From Bacteroidota bacterium (GTDB lineage: Bacteria; Bacteroidota; Bacteroidia; Bacteroidales; GCA-2748055): DNA of 64,000 bases. Positions 1 to 8,464 of the stretch are shown here, one piece after another. The notes under the pieces are model-generated. The model searched no databases. It worked only from the letters and a program-made list of their open reading frames with translations, and was not told the origin of the DNA. Numbering within the stretch: position 1 is the first letter of the stretch; every line of letters begins with the position of its first letter. The stretch spans positions 149,300-213,299 of the forward strand of contig JBDLIM010000001.1 in assembly GCA_039714915.1 (NCBI GenBank). The letters run 5' to 3'. Position numbers and translations under genes: made by a program.

Positions 1-531
1 GATCGCTGCAGGATTGAACAGCTTAGCGGGCTGGATCATGAGAATGGGGACCTTATCAATCGTCTGCAGAAACCATCTCTTTTTCGAAGAGATGTGGAGA
101 TATTTAACTGGATTCTTAATTATCCGTGGGTTACAGAAGACACCAGGGATGAGCTGGACTATCATTTTTCCTATCAGTCCGAGCGCTTTGAAAATATTTT
201 GCTGGCTTTCACCTTACCCGATCAGAGCAGGGGCCTGCTCTGGCTGGTAATGCATAACCAGGCCATGAGCGTTCCTTACCTGTGGACAGAAAGCGATCTC
301 CTTTATCCTTTTATGGCAAGAACGGTGATCCATTACATGATTTCAAAGGATTGCGCATACACCACCATCCGGCATGCAGCCCTGACAGCACAACTATCGC
401 TTCATAAAAAGCTTTTCCTCAGCGTCAGGGAGATACCTCAACTCATCTTTGCGCATAAAGCGATGAGAAAGCAGGTTCCCTGCGACCGGGAAATACAGGA
501 TGGGGACGGGGATGTGGTTTTTACCGGATGA
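1..531 (+). CDS. 5'-partial conserved hypothetical protein (possible GNAT-like, cell-surface polysaccharide associated)
   Basis: Frame 1 is open from base 1 (DRCRIEQL...) through the listed ORF 94..531. It ends in a ...IQDGDGDVVFTG C-terminus and converges on a deacetylase/GNAT pair. Confidence 0.6.
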   Translation, partial: DRCRIEQLSGLDHENGDLINRLQKPSLFRRDVEIFNWILNYPWVTEDTRDELDYHFSYQSERFENILLAFTLPDQSRGLLWLVMHNQAMSVPYLWTESDLLYPFMARTVIHYMISKDCAYTTIRHAALTAQLSLHKKLFLSVREIPQLIFAHKAMRKQVPCDREIQDGDGDVVFTG

Positions 532-533
532 TT
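513..533 (+). repeat. Direct repeat (gene-proximal copy) flanking element copy 1; includes the host stop codon
   Basis: TGTGGTTTTTACCGGATGATT is repeated at 994-1013 with one T fewer. Confidence 0.85.
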
Positions 534-663
534 TCTGTGTGTTTTGCCGCTCTTTACCGTTGGCGTCAGGAAGAAGTTCGGTTTTTATGGCTGTCAACTC
601 TGCAATTTTCCCAAGCATCCCGGAGAAGAGCTCATCTTCTCTCTGATTTGACGCACGTTGGTA

Positions 664-715
664 TCGAGCCAGATCCAAACATCTATTTCGCGCCAGATCC
701 AAATATCTTTTTCGA
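664..715 (+). repeat. 24-bp tandem repeat (about 2 units) inside the element
   Basis: TCGAGCCAGATCCAAACATCTATT / TCGCGCCAGATCCAAATATCTTTT / TCGA; homologous pair at 38013-38064. Confidence 0.85.
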
Positions 716-790
716 TCTCAACAAGCTTATATAGACCCTGATTGCAAAAAGCACAATCCTGTAAAAATACGTCCCGTACGAATGCGATAT

Positions 791-910
791 GGTTATTGAT
801 TATCCATCAAACCACTAAATCGATGTCATTGACGATAATAAATAACCCTCGGGGGTTAAATATTATCTTCAAAGCACCTAAAACACATACAAACAAGATA
901 ATAAATAACC
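791..910. repeat. Array of four 14-bp GATAATAAATAACC-type motifs in alternating orientation, 63-bp period
   Basis: Motifs at 791-804 (rev), 834-847 (fwd), 854-867 (rev), 897-910 (fwd); gaps of 29, 6 and 29 bp. Confidence 0.85.
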
Positions 911-993
911 ATGTTATGAGAAATTTTATGAACTGGGATATATTTAGCTAGATATGGGAAATAATGTAAAGGTGCTGCATTGACGAAAACAGG

Positions 994-1013
994 TGTGGTT
1001 TTACCGGATGATT
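994..1013 (+). repeat. Direct repeat (distal copy) flanking element copy 1
   Basis: TGTGGTTTTACCGGATGATT matches 513-533. Confidence 0.85.
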
Positions 1014-1036
1014 CCTACCTGATTACAAGCTGATTA

Positions 1037-2032
1037 CTAGGTGATTTTGTTCCGCCCTATGAGTCCCTTCAACAGGTAATACAGGTATTCGGTTTTCAAT
1101 GCTTCCCGGGCCGGGCATTCATACTCCTCCATGGGAATTCTCTGGATAAATCCGGTCTTGTCCGTCTTTTTCAGGCCGGCTGTTCCCATTAATACCTCGG
1201 CCACTCCCTTGTCCAGGAGGCTGTGGATGACTTCCATGGGAATGCCAGCACTGGTAAAAGGAAAGGAGAAGTAGCGGGTGCTAAGCTGGAATCTGGCCTG
1301 CAGGTCTTCCACACTGGACCTTACCTGCTTTACAATCTCCTTTTGATCTAATTTTGAAAAATCCGCATGATCGGGGGAGTGCCCGCCTATCTCAAATCCC
1401 CAGTCTACCAGGTCCATGACCTGCTTTGTATTCATGTAAACCGGCCTTTCCTTCATGTACCCTGTCACATCGATCCCTGTCTCTTTCATCAGGGCATCCA
1501 GCAGAGACACCTGGTCCTGGCCAATCAACAGGATGGATTCCACCGCCCTTTTTTCAGGAATATCCAGATAGCCAGCCATAGCTTCCATGACCTTTGTATC
1601 AGATTTCATTTTCTCGATCAGAAGGCTGGCTTTGTACCTATAGAAGAGATCCCTGTTATCTATGAAGTGGTTATTCAGAAAAAATGCCGCCGGCACTCCC
1701 TTTTTCTTTAACAACGGAGCAATGAAATCGCGACATTCAACCAGTCCATCATCAAAACTAAGCACCATATATTGTTTTCCGGCATGCAGCCCGGATCCTT
1801 CCAGGTAGTCTGCAAAACTGATGGGTTCAAAGTAAAGCAGCATCTCATCCAGGTCCTTTTCAAACTCACGTTCGGTCCTTAAGGTATAGAGATTGCTTAT
1901 ATGAGGCAGGGGCTGACCTGACACCGTATGGTAAAAGGGGAATGCTACTTTCTGGCTGGAAAGCCGGATTAATCTGTTAAGGCTTGCTAACCTGGCAGGT
2001 CCCGATATGATTTTTCTGTTCCTGTCAATCAT
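1037..2032 (-). CDS. Polysaccharide deacetylase (CE4/NodB-like)
   Basis: LSFDDG, EIGGHSPDH and FSFPF motifs. Confidence 0.85.
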   Translation of the reverse strand: MIDRNRKIISGPARLASLNRLIRLSSQKVAFPFYHTVSGQPLPHISNLYTLRTEREFEKDLDEMLLYFEPISFADYLEGSGLHAGKQYMVLSFDDGLVECRDFIAPLLKKKGVPAAFFLNNHFIDNRDLFYRYKASLLIEKMKSDTKVMEAMAGYLDIPEKRAVESILLIGQDQVSLLDALMKETGIDVTGYMKERPVYMNTKQVMDLVDWGFEIGGHSPDHADFSKLDQKEIVKQVRSSVEDLQARFQLSTRYFSFPFTSAGIPMEVIHSLLDKGVAEVLMGTAGLKKTDKTGFIQRIPMEEYECPAREALKTEYLYYLLKGLIGRNKIT

Positions 2033-2939
2033 GCTTCCGCAATTTATTCAGGAAAACAGGCAGGCGGTCAAAATTAATTCCCTGGTAAATTTCGGGCCGG
2101 GCTCCAAAGCCTGCAAAAAAGCGAGCCACGGACGGAATGTTGGATCCCTCAAAATCAAGAATCAGATCCGATCCCGCATGTTCCCTGATAAAGGCATCCA
2201 CAATTTTAAACATGCTCCGCTGTTCTTTTCCCTGTTCGTTTGAAGCCGATACCAGGTAAATGCCTCTGGTCCTGCTGAAGGCAAAGAAGGCAGATGCAAT
2301 GATCCTGCCTGAATCCCTGATTGCATAGACTATTCCGGCATTATTCTTCCGGATTGTCTCCATAAGATTCAAAAGCCACCTGTATTCTCCTTCCGACCGT
2401 TTGATAAGGTCATTCTCCCTTTTAAAGGCGAGTACCTCTTCGCAACTGGCATCCTTTACTATCTCTTCATTGTAATCGTGAGAACGCTTTATATTCCGTT
2501 TCGCATTTTTGGAAAATCTGGCATAAAGTTCTTCATAATTCCCAGCCAGACCGAGCACATAATTGCTTTTATCATATACCGAGATATTCTCATCCTCACT
2601 TACCAGATTCTTAGTGTTAAAATTCAGGTTCCCAAAGCGATACTTCCTATAGAGAAGGGACAACAGCTCCCTGATAAGGGTGGGATCCACATACTCTTTA
2701 CTAAAAACCCCCAGTTGCTGGGTATAGTAGGGTTGGTAGATGAATTTCATTCCGTACTTCTGCTTCCAGACCACGGGCATTACAAAGTTGTAATCATCCA
2801 CAACCAGGGCCGACCACCTGGAAGCCACCGTATCCAGGTACCACGAATAAGGATAAAGGGTCTCGCACTGCGATTCTGCAATAAGCTCATCCCAGCGCCC
2901 CGTATCAATATCCTTCCTATGTAAAAACTCTATCCCCAC
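2025..2939 (-). CDS. GNAT/FemAB-like acyltransferase
   Basis: PYYTQQLG and LDFEGSNIPSVARFFAGFGA motifs; overlaps the deacetylase start; GTG start. Confidence 0.75.
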   Translation of the reverse strand: MGIEFLHRKDIDTGRWDELIAESQCETLYPYSWYLDTVASRWSALVVDDYNFVMPVVWKQKYGMKFIYQPYYTQQLGVFSKEYVDPTLIRELLSLLYRKYRFGNLNFNTKNLVSEDENISVYDKSNYVLGLAGNYEELYARFSKNAKRNIKRSHDYNEEIVKDASCEEVLAFKRENDLIKRSEGEYRWLLNLMETIRKNNAGIVYAIRDSGRIIASAFFAFSRTRGIYLVSASNEQGKEQRSMFKIVDAFIREHAGSDLILDFEGSNIPSVARFFAGFGARPEIYQGINFDRLPVFLNKLRKHD

Positions 2940-2961
2940 TTTTGACTTTTGACTTTTGACT
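2938..2961. repeat. Heptamer tandem repeat (ACTTTTG)x3.4
   Basis: Seen directly between the mutS2 stop and the next start codon. Confidence 0.85.
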
Positions 2962-2968
2962 AAGGTAA

Positions 2969-5464
2969 TCAGGATTCCAACCTGACTACCGTAATCCCTG
3001 CTCCCCCGCGATCTACATGTTCATCCCCGTACCACTCCACCAGGTCCACCGTATGCAGGTATTCCCTGATGAGCTGGCGCAGAATGCCATTTCCTTTTCC
3101 ATGCAGGATCCTTAATTCCCTTGCATTGACCATGATGGCCTCATCGATAAAATCCACCACAATTTCCATAGCTTCGTCGGCACGTTTTCCCCTCAGATCT
3201 ATATCGGGACGGAACTGTACCCGGCGGGTACTTACGTTCCAGTCTCCCAGTTCCACCTTCGATTTATCCCTGATTCTGAGTCGACCTGCTTCCTCGGCTT
3301 TGATCTTTTCCAGCTGATCCATAGCCGTAGTGGTCTTTAGCATTCCAAAAGCCACCACGCATTTCTTGCCTCTGATCTCCAGCACTTCACCGGCAGTATG
3401 CTGTCCTGGCATGCGAACCAGGTCCCCTACCCTGATTTCCGGATCCTCTATCACCTGTTTTTGTGCAAGGGTCTTTTTACTACGTTGCCTCAGATCCGGC
3501 CGTCTGGCTTCCAGTTCACTCCCACGCCGGCGGATTTCCTTCAACTGCTTCTCCACCTTCTGTTCCTCTTTTCCCTTCTCTGTTTCCAGCTCTTCCTTAT
3601 AGGATTCCAGCTCCTTTCTTACCCCCTTGGTCTTTTCCTTTTCTGCCTCCGCTTCCTTGATCTCTCTGATGGTCTGCTCAATCTTCTTATTGGCTCCGGA
3701 AAGCATGGCATCGGCCCTGGACCTGGCTTCCTTTACAATGGCCTTGCGCTGCTTCTCACTCTCCTTCAGTTCCCCCTCATAGCGGGCCATCAGTTCCTCC
3801 AGCTTTTTCTCCGACTGCCTGATTTTCTGCCGCTTTCCTTCCCAGTATTTCTTATCGCGGAGGATTTCCCGGAGGTGCTTGTCAAAATCAATATGGTCCT
3901 TTCCCACCTTCTCCGACGCCATATTCAGTACCTTCTCGGGCAATCCGATCTTCCTGGCAATCTCAAAAGCAAATGAGCTGCCGGGATTTCCCACCTGCAG
4001 CTGGTACAGGGGCTGCATAAGCTGATTATTAAAAAGCATGGCTCCATTTACAATTCCTTCCGATGAGGTAGCAAAATGCTTCAGGTTGGTATAGTGGGTG
4101 GTAATTATCCCACAGGTGCCTGTCTGGTTCAATTCTTCCAGGATGGATTCTGCAATGGCTCCCCCCAGCATGGGTTCCGTTCCTGTCCCGAATTCATCTA
4201 TCAGGATCAGGGTATCCGCTGCTGCATGCTTCACAAAATACTTCATATTCAGCAGGTGGGAGCTGTAAGTGCTCAGATCGTTATCAATGGACTGTTCATC
4301 CCCGATATCGATAAAAATTCCCGCAAATACTCCAAAAACCGATTCCTCATGGCATGGAACCAGAAGGCCGCATTGGAGCATGTATTGCAGGAGGCCTATG
4401 GTCTTCAGGCATACCGATTTTCCCCCGGCATTGGGTCCTGAAATAAGCAGGATCCGGTTTTTGTCAGAAAGGTGGAAGGAAAGCGGAACCACCTCCTTCT
4501 GTTCTGCCTTATGAGCCAGGTAAAGCAAAGGGTGCTTTGCTTCTCTCCAGTCAAATGTCTGTTCATTCTTTAGCTTTGGGCGTACAGCTTCAATCCTTGT
4601 GGCCAGCAAGGCCCTGGCCCTGATAAAATCGATGGTGGAAAGGAAATCCTGTGAGTTGAGCAGATCGGGAATATAGGGCCGGATGTCTTCTGTGAATTCA
4701 AGTAGAATCCGGATGATCTCCCTGCGTTCGGCATACTCCAGCTCTTTGATCTCATTGGAAAGTTCAACCACCTCGGCAGGTTCGATGAAAACTGTTTTCC
4801 CTGTGGCCGATTCATCATGAACGAGTCCGCCCAGCTTTCTTTTGTTCCCCGACATTACCGGAATAACTGGACGGTCGTTCCTGAAGGTTGGGGCTGCGTC
4901 TGCATCCACCCATCCTTCCCGCTGAGCTTTGCTCATGACCTGGTTAAGCTTTTTGGACACCGCTCCTTGTTTCTCCTGCTGACTGCGCCTGATGTGATGA
5001 AGGGTGGAAGAGGCGTTATCCCGGATCTTCCCGTGCTTATTCAGGATTTTCCGGATCCGGTCCTGCACAAAGGGAAACATTTTTACAGGCTTACTTAATT
5101 CAGCCAGCGCAGGATAATTTTCGTCTTCATCCGCTTTGAAAAAATGAAGGATGGCCCGGATGGAGTCCAGGCTTTTTAACAGGCCTAATACTTCTTCGGT
5201 AAGCAGATAGGTTCCCTCCAACTCTGCTTTCTTCAGTGCTTCCCGGTTGTCAATAAAAAGCTGAATGGGAAATTCATCATCCCCCTTGTTGATAAGGGTA
5301 AACTCTTCCACAAGCTGAAGTTCACGCAGGATGCTTTCATGGTCGCTCATGAATTGCATTTCATCCACGCGTTCTTTACCGGGTTCAAAAAGACAATGAG
5401 ATTTGAGCAGTTCCCGGATCCGGTCAAAGCCGATCTTTATTTCAAATTGTTCAGGGTAAATCAA
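2969..5464 (-). CDS. mutS2: MutS2 family ATPase with C-terminal Smr domain
   Basis: HDESATGKTVFIEP, Walker A ISGPNAGGKS, IDEFGTGTEP, coiled coil, and Smr domain (DLRGKR...ILHGKGNG). Confidence 0.95.
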   Translation of the reverse strand: MIYPEQFEIKIGFDRIRELLKSHCLFEPGKERVDEMQFMSDHESILRELQLVEEFTLINKGDDEFPIQLFIDNREALKKAELEGTYLLTEEVLGLLKSLDSIRAILHFFKADEDENYPALAELSKPVKMFPFVQDRIRKILNKHGKIRDNASSTLHHIRRSQQEKQGAVSKKLNQVMSKAQREGWVDADAAPTFRNDRPVIPVMSGNKRKLGGLVHDESATGKTVFIEPAEVVELSNEIKELEYAERREIIRILLEFTEDIRPYIPDLLNSQDFLSTIDFIRARALLATRIEAVRPKLKNEQTFDWREAKHPLLYLAHKAEQKEVVPLSFHLSDKNRILLISGPNAGGKSVCLKTIGLLQYMLQCGLLVPCHEESVFGVFAGIFIDIGDEQSIDNDLSTYSSHLLNMKYFVKHAAADTLILIDEFGTGTEPMLGGAIAESILEELNQTGTCGIITTHYTNLKHFATSSEGIVNGAMLFNNQLMQPLYQLQVGNPGSSFAFEIARKIGLPEKVLNMASEKVGKDHIDFDKHLREILRDKKYWEGKRQKIRQSEKKLEELMARYEGELKESEKQRKAIVKEARSRADAMLSGANKKIEQTIREIKEAEAEKEKTKGVRKELESYKEELETEKGKEEQKVEKQLKEIRRRGSELEARRPDLRQRSKKTLAQKQVIEDPEIRVGDLVRMPGQHTAGEVLEIRGKKCVVAFGMLKTTTAMDQLEKIKAEEAGRLRIRDKSKVELGDWNVSTRRVQFRPDIDLRGKRADEAMEIVVDFIDEAIMVNARELRILHGKGNGILRQLIREYLHTVDLVEWYGDEHVDRGGAGITVVRLES

Positions 5465-5476
5465 ATCAGCAATTTT

Positions 5477-6478
5477 TTATGGGATATCCACCCATTTCCC
5501 GCTTTTGGCCGAATCAAAGATAGCGGTTAATACCTTTGTATTGCTCAGTGCATCCTCAAGCGAAACCGGAACATCCCCATCTGTAAGGATGGCTTTTGAA
5601 AATGCATCACTCATCAGGGTATACTGGTCAGCCACAGGATACCCGTGGGTGGTGATCTCATCCAGGAGAATACTGCCTTTATCCTGTGCAACTGTGCATT
5701 CCCGGTCGTTTGGTGCATTAAAGGGGATCATTACCTCCAGGTGCCCAATAGTACCAAAGATATGCATGCGCTGATAGGGCACAAGTTGTGTGCTTACCGA
5801 AAAGAGCGCCTGTCCGGCAGGAAACTCCATCAATACACTGGCCAGCCTGTCGATATGCATTTCCGGATCGAATTCCAGGCTTGATACAAGGCGCTGGGGC
5901 TCGTCTTCGAAAATATACCTCGACATGGTGGTGCAATAGCAACCAATGTCCCATATGCCCCCTCCGCCCAGTTCCGGAATGTTCATGATGTTAGACGGAT
6001 CCGGATTGAAATAGCTAAAGGCTCCGTGGATCAGCCTGGGTTCTCCCACCTCACCCCTGCGTACCCTTTCACGGGTCTCCATCCATTGTGGATTGGTCTT
6101 CACCATAAAAGCTTCACCAGCTTTTACTCCACATTTGTCGCGAACCCGGATCATTTCCTCTACCTCTGCAACAGTCAGCCCGATGGGTTTCTCACAGAGT
6201 ACATGCTTCCCTGCTTCCATGGCCTTCAGGGTCCATTCCATGTGCATGCTGTTGGGCAGGGGATTATAGATGCAATCCACATCCGGATCCTCAATCAATT
6301 CCTCGTATGAGCCATAAGCTCTTTCAATCCCAAGACTGGCTGCAGCCACATCCGCTTTCTCTTCTGACCTTGATGCAATGGCGGTGACCCCGGTGAACTC
6401 TCCGGCTTGCATGGCCGGAATTACATACTTCAGCCCGATCTTTGCCGTACTCAGGATTCCCCATTTTATTCTTTCCAT
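5477..6478 (-). CDS. Gfo/Idh/MocA family oxidoreductase
   Basis: WGILSTAKIG, GKHVLCEKP, GGGGIWDIGCY. Confidence 0.92.
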   Translation of the reverse strand: MERIKWGILSTAKIGLKYVIPAMQAGEFTGVTAIASRSEEKADVAAASLGIERAYGSYEELIEDPDVDCIYNPLPNSMHMEWTLKAMEAGKHVLCEKPIGLTVAEVEEMIRVRDKCGVKAGEAFMVKTNPQWMETRERVRRGEVGEPRLIHGAFSYFNPDPSNIMNIPELGGGGIWDIGCYCTTMSRYIFEDEPQRLVSSLEFDPEMHIDRLASVLMEFPAGQALFSVSTQLVPYQRMHIFGTIGHLEVMIPFNAPNDRECTVAQDKGSILLDEITTHGYPVADQYTLMSDAFSKAILTDGDVPVSLEDALSNTKVLTAIFDSAKSGKWVDIP

Positions 6479-6500
6479 TTTTCCCCTGTTGATTGTGCAT

Positions 6501-6508
6501 CAAATGTA
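6501..6508 (-). promoter_or_regulatory. Bacteroidota -7 promoter element (TACATTTG)
   Basis: Matches the TAnnTTTG consensus, about 22 bp upstream of the start at 6478. Confidence 0.55.
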
Positions 6509-6582
6509 ATAAAAATGACCTCTTTCCAAGTTATGAAAAAAGAGCTAGTTTTATATAGTTAACTTAAAACCAAAATTCAGCA

Positions 6583-7749
6583 ATGGCAAAAAGGAAATTA
6601 AACATGGGAATGGTGGGTGGAGGAAGCGATGCATTTATTGGTGCAATTCACCGCCTGGCTGCATTAATGGATAATCAGATTCAACTGGTGTGTGGCTGCT
6701 TCAGTATAGATCCTGAAATCTCAAAAGAATCAGGGAAACTCTATTTCCTTCCCGGGGACAGAGTGTATGAAACATACCAGGAAATGTTTGAAAAGGAGGC
6801 ACAGCTTCCTGAAGGGGAGCGCATGGATTTTGTGACTATAGTAACGCCTAATTTTGTGCATTTCAATCCTGCCATGATGGCTTTCGATCATGGCTTTCAT
6901 GTGGTCCTGGATAAACCCATTACCTTCAGCTTGAACGAAGCCCTTCAACTGAAAGAAAAGATTGATGAAACCGGATTGACTTTCGCCTTAACCCATACCT
7001 ATTCGGGTTACCCGGCAGTAAAGCACGCCCGGAAAATGGTTGCAGACGGCACATTTGGAATAATCCGTAAGGTCTATGTTGAATACCCGCAGGGTTGGCT
7101 CTCTTCGAAACTGGAAGACAAAGGAAATCCGCAGGCAATCTGGCGTACCGATCCCAAGCGTTCGGGAAAAGCAGGTGCCATGGGTGATATTGGAACCCAC
7201 GCACATCATCTGGCTGAATACATAACAAGCTTAAGAGTAACCGAAATCTGTGCGGAACTGAATGTATTTGTACCGAATCGCTTGCTGGACGACGACGGAG
7301 CTGCACTGCTGCGTTTCGATAATGGGGCCAGGGGTGTATTGATAGCTACACAGGTAGCTGCAGGCGAAGAAAATGCTATAAAAATAAGGATCTACGGCGA
7401 TAAAGGCGGGCTTGAATGGGCCCAGCACGAACCCAACTCACTGATTCTCAAATGGCTTGATGCTCCCATGCAGGTTTTGCGGGTGGGAACAAGCATGAAC
7501 AGCGATATTGCTGCGCACAATACCCGAACACCCGGCGGGCATCCGGAAGGATACCTGGAGGCCTTTGCCAATATATACCGCAATTTTGCTTTAACAATAA
7601 TGGCTAAAGCTAACGGCGAAGAACCAAGCCCCGAAATGCTTGACTTTCCAGGTGTTGAGGATGGCATACGCGGTATGCAGTTCATTGATACAATGGTTAG
7701 TGCAGGCTATAATGACGAGGTAAAGTGGCTGAAATTTGGTGAAGTGTAG
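6583..7749 (+). CDS. Gfo/Idh/MocA family oxidoreductase
   Basis: GMVGGG...[29 protein letters not shown]. Confidence 0.92.
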   Translation: MAKRKLNMGMVGGGSDAFIGAIHRLAALMDNQIQLVCGCFSIDPEISKESGKLYFLPGDRVYETYQEMFEKEAQLPEGERMDFVTIVTPNFVHFNPAMMAFDHGFHVVLDKPITFSLNEALQLKEKIDETGLTFALTHTYSGYPAVKHARKMVADGTFGIIRKVYVEYPQGWLSSKLEDKGNPQAIWRTDPKRSGKAGAMGDIGTHAHHLAEYITSLRVTEICAELNVFVPNRLLDDDGAALLRFDNGARGVLIATQVAAGEENAIKIRIYGDKGGLEWAQHEPNSLILKWLDAPMQVLRVGTSMNSDIAAHNTRTPGGHPEGYLEAFANIYRNFALTIMAKANGEEPSPEMLDFPGVEDGIRGMQFIDTMVSAGYNDEVKWLKFGEV

Positions 7750-7775
7750 CCCTGCACAAACGACCTGAACAATTT

Positions 7776-8453
7776 ATGGAATACGGTTTTATCTTTGATA
7801 TGGATGGCGTGGTCATCGACAGCAATCCATACCATAAGATCGCCTGGGAGACTTTTCTCCAAAGAAAGGGAATTCCCGTTGACGATCTCTTTTTTGAAAA
7901 TGTGCTATCGGGAAGGACAGGTCCCACTTCGCTAAAACTAATTTTTGGCGAGGACCTGGCCCCTGCCCTTTTGGATGAATACCTCCTGGAAGTAGATCAG
8001 AATTATCAGAATATTCTTCGTCAGAGCGAAGAGATGCTGGCCATCCCGGGAATATATGAATTCCTGGAGTCAATCAGGGAAAAGGGACACAGACTGGCCC
8101 TGGCGACCTCTGCTCCCACACTGAACATTGAACTAGGGCTGGAAAAGCTTAAGATGGAAGGGATTTTTGAAGTGGTAGTGGGAAAAGTCGATGTGTCCAG
8201 GGGGAAACCCGATCCTGAAGTCTATCTCACCACTCTGAATCGCCTGGGCCTTCCTAAGAATAAGTGCATCGTTTTTGAAGACTCCAAAGCGGGGATTCAG
8301 AGTGCACTTAATGCAGGCATGCCTGTGGTGGGTATTGCCTCGGGTCACAGCAAAGAGGACTTGCTGAAACAAGGGGTCTCCCTGGCCGTGAATGATTTTA
8401 CGGAGCTGGATCCGGATCGGGTAATCAGTCTAATCAAAAAAACAATAACTTAA
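7776..8453 (+). CDS. HAD-IA family phosphatase (beta-phosphoglucomutase-like)
   Basis: FDMDGV, GKPDPEVY, VFEDS motifs. Confidence 0.9.
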   Translation: MEYGFIFDMDGVVIDSNPYHKIAWETFLQRKGIPVDDLFFENVLSGRTGPTSLKLIFGEDLAPALLDEYLLEVDQNYQNILRQSEEMLAIPGIYEFLESIREKGHRLALATSAPTLNIELGLEKLKMEGIFEVVVGKVDVSRGKPDPEVYLTTLNRLGLPKNKCIVFEDSKAGIQSALNAGMPVVGIASGHSKEDLLKQGVSLAVNDFTELDPDRVISLIKKTIT

Positions 8454-8464
8454 AAATCCAGATA

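Larger units (their letters stand above)
534..993 (+). mobile_element. Dispersed non-autonomous element, copy 1 (unknown family)
   Basis: 530-940 aligns to the reverse complement of 37785-38374 (minus a 179-bp insert) at roughly 90% identity by eye. It is flanked by a ~21-bp direct repeat of the host gene end. Confidence 0.75.

Noticed and set aside
640-720. Variable part of the element acting as a guide matching its insertion site (bridge-RNA-like)
   Set aside because: No convincing match between either copy's variable segment and its own target was found by eye.
791-930. CRISPR array interpretation of the 34+29-bp periodic structure
   Set aside because: Only one full repeat; the spacers resemble each other and are almost identical between the two loci; no cas genes in the window.
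394-951. ORFs 394..702(-), 528..734(+), 742..951(+) as real genes
   Set aside because: They lie in the repeated element and are interrupted, stopped or frameshifted in copy 2; no recognisable domains.
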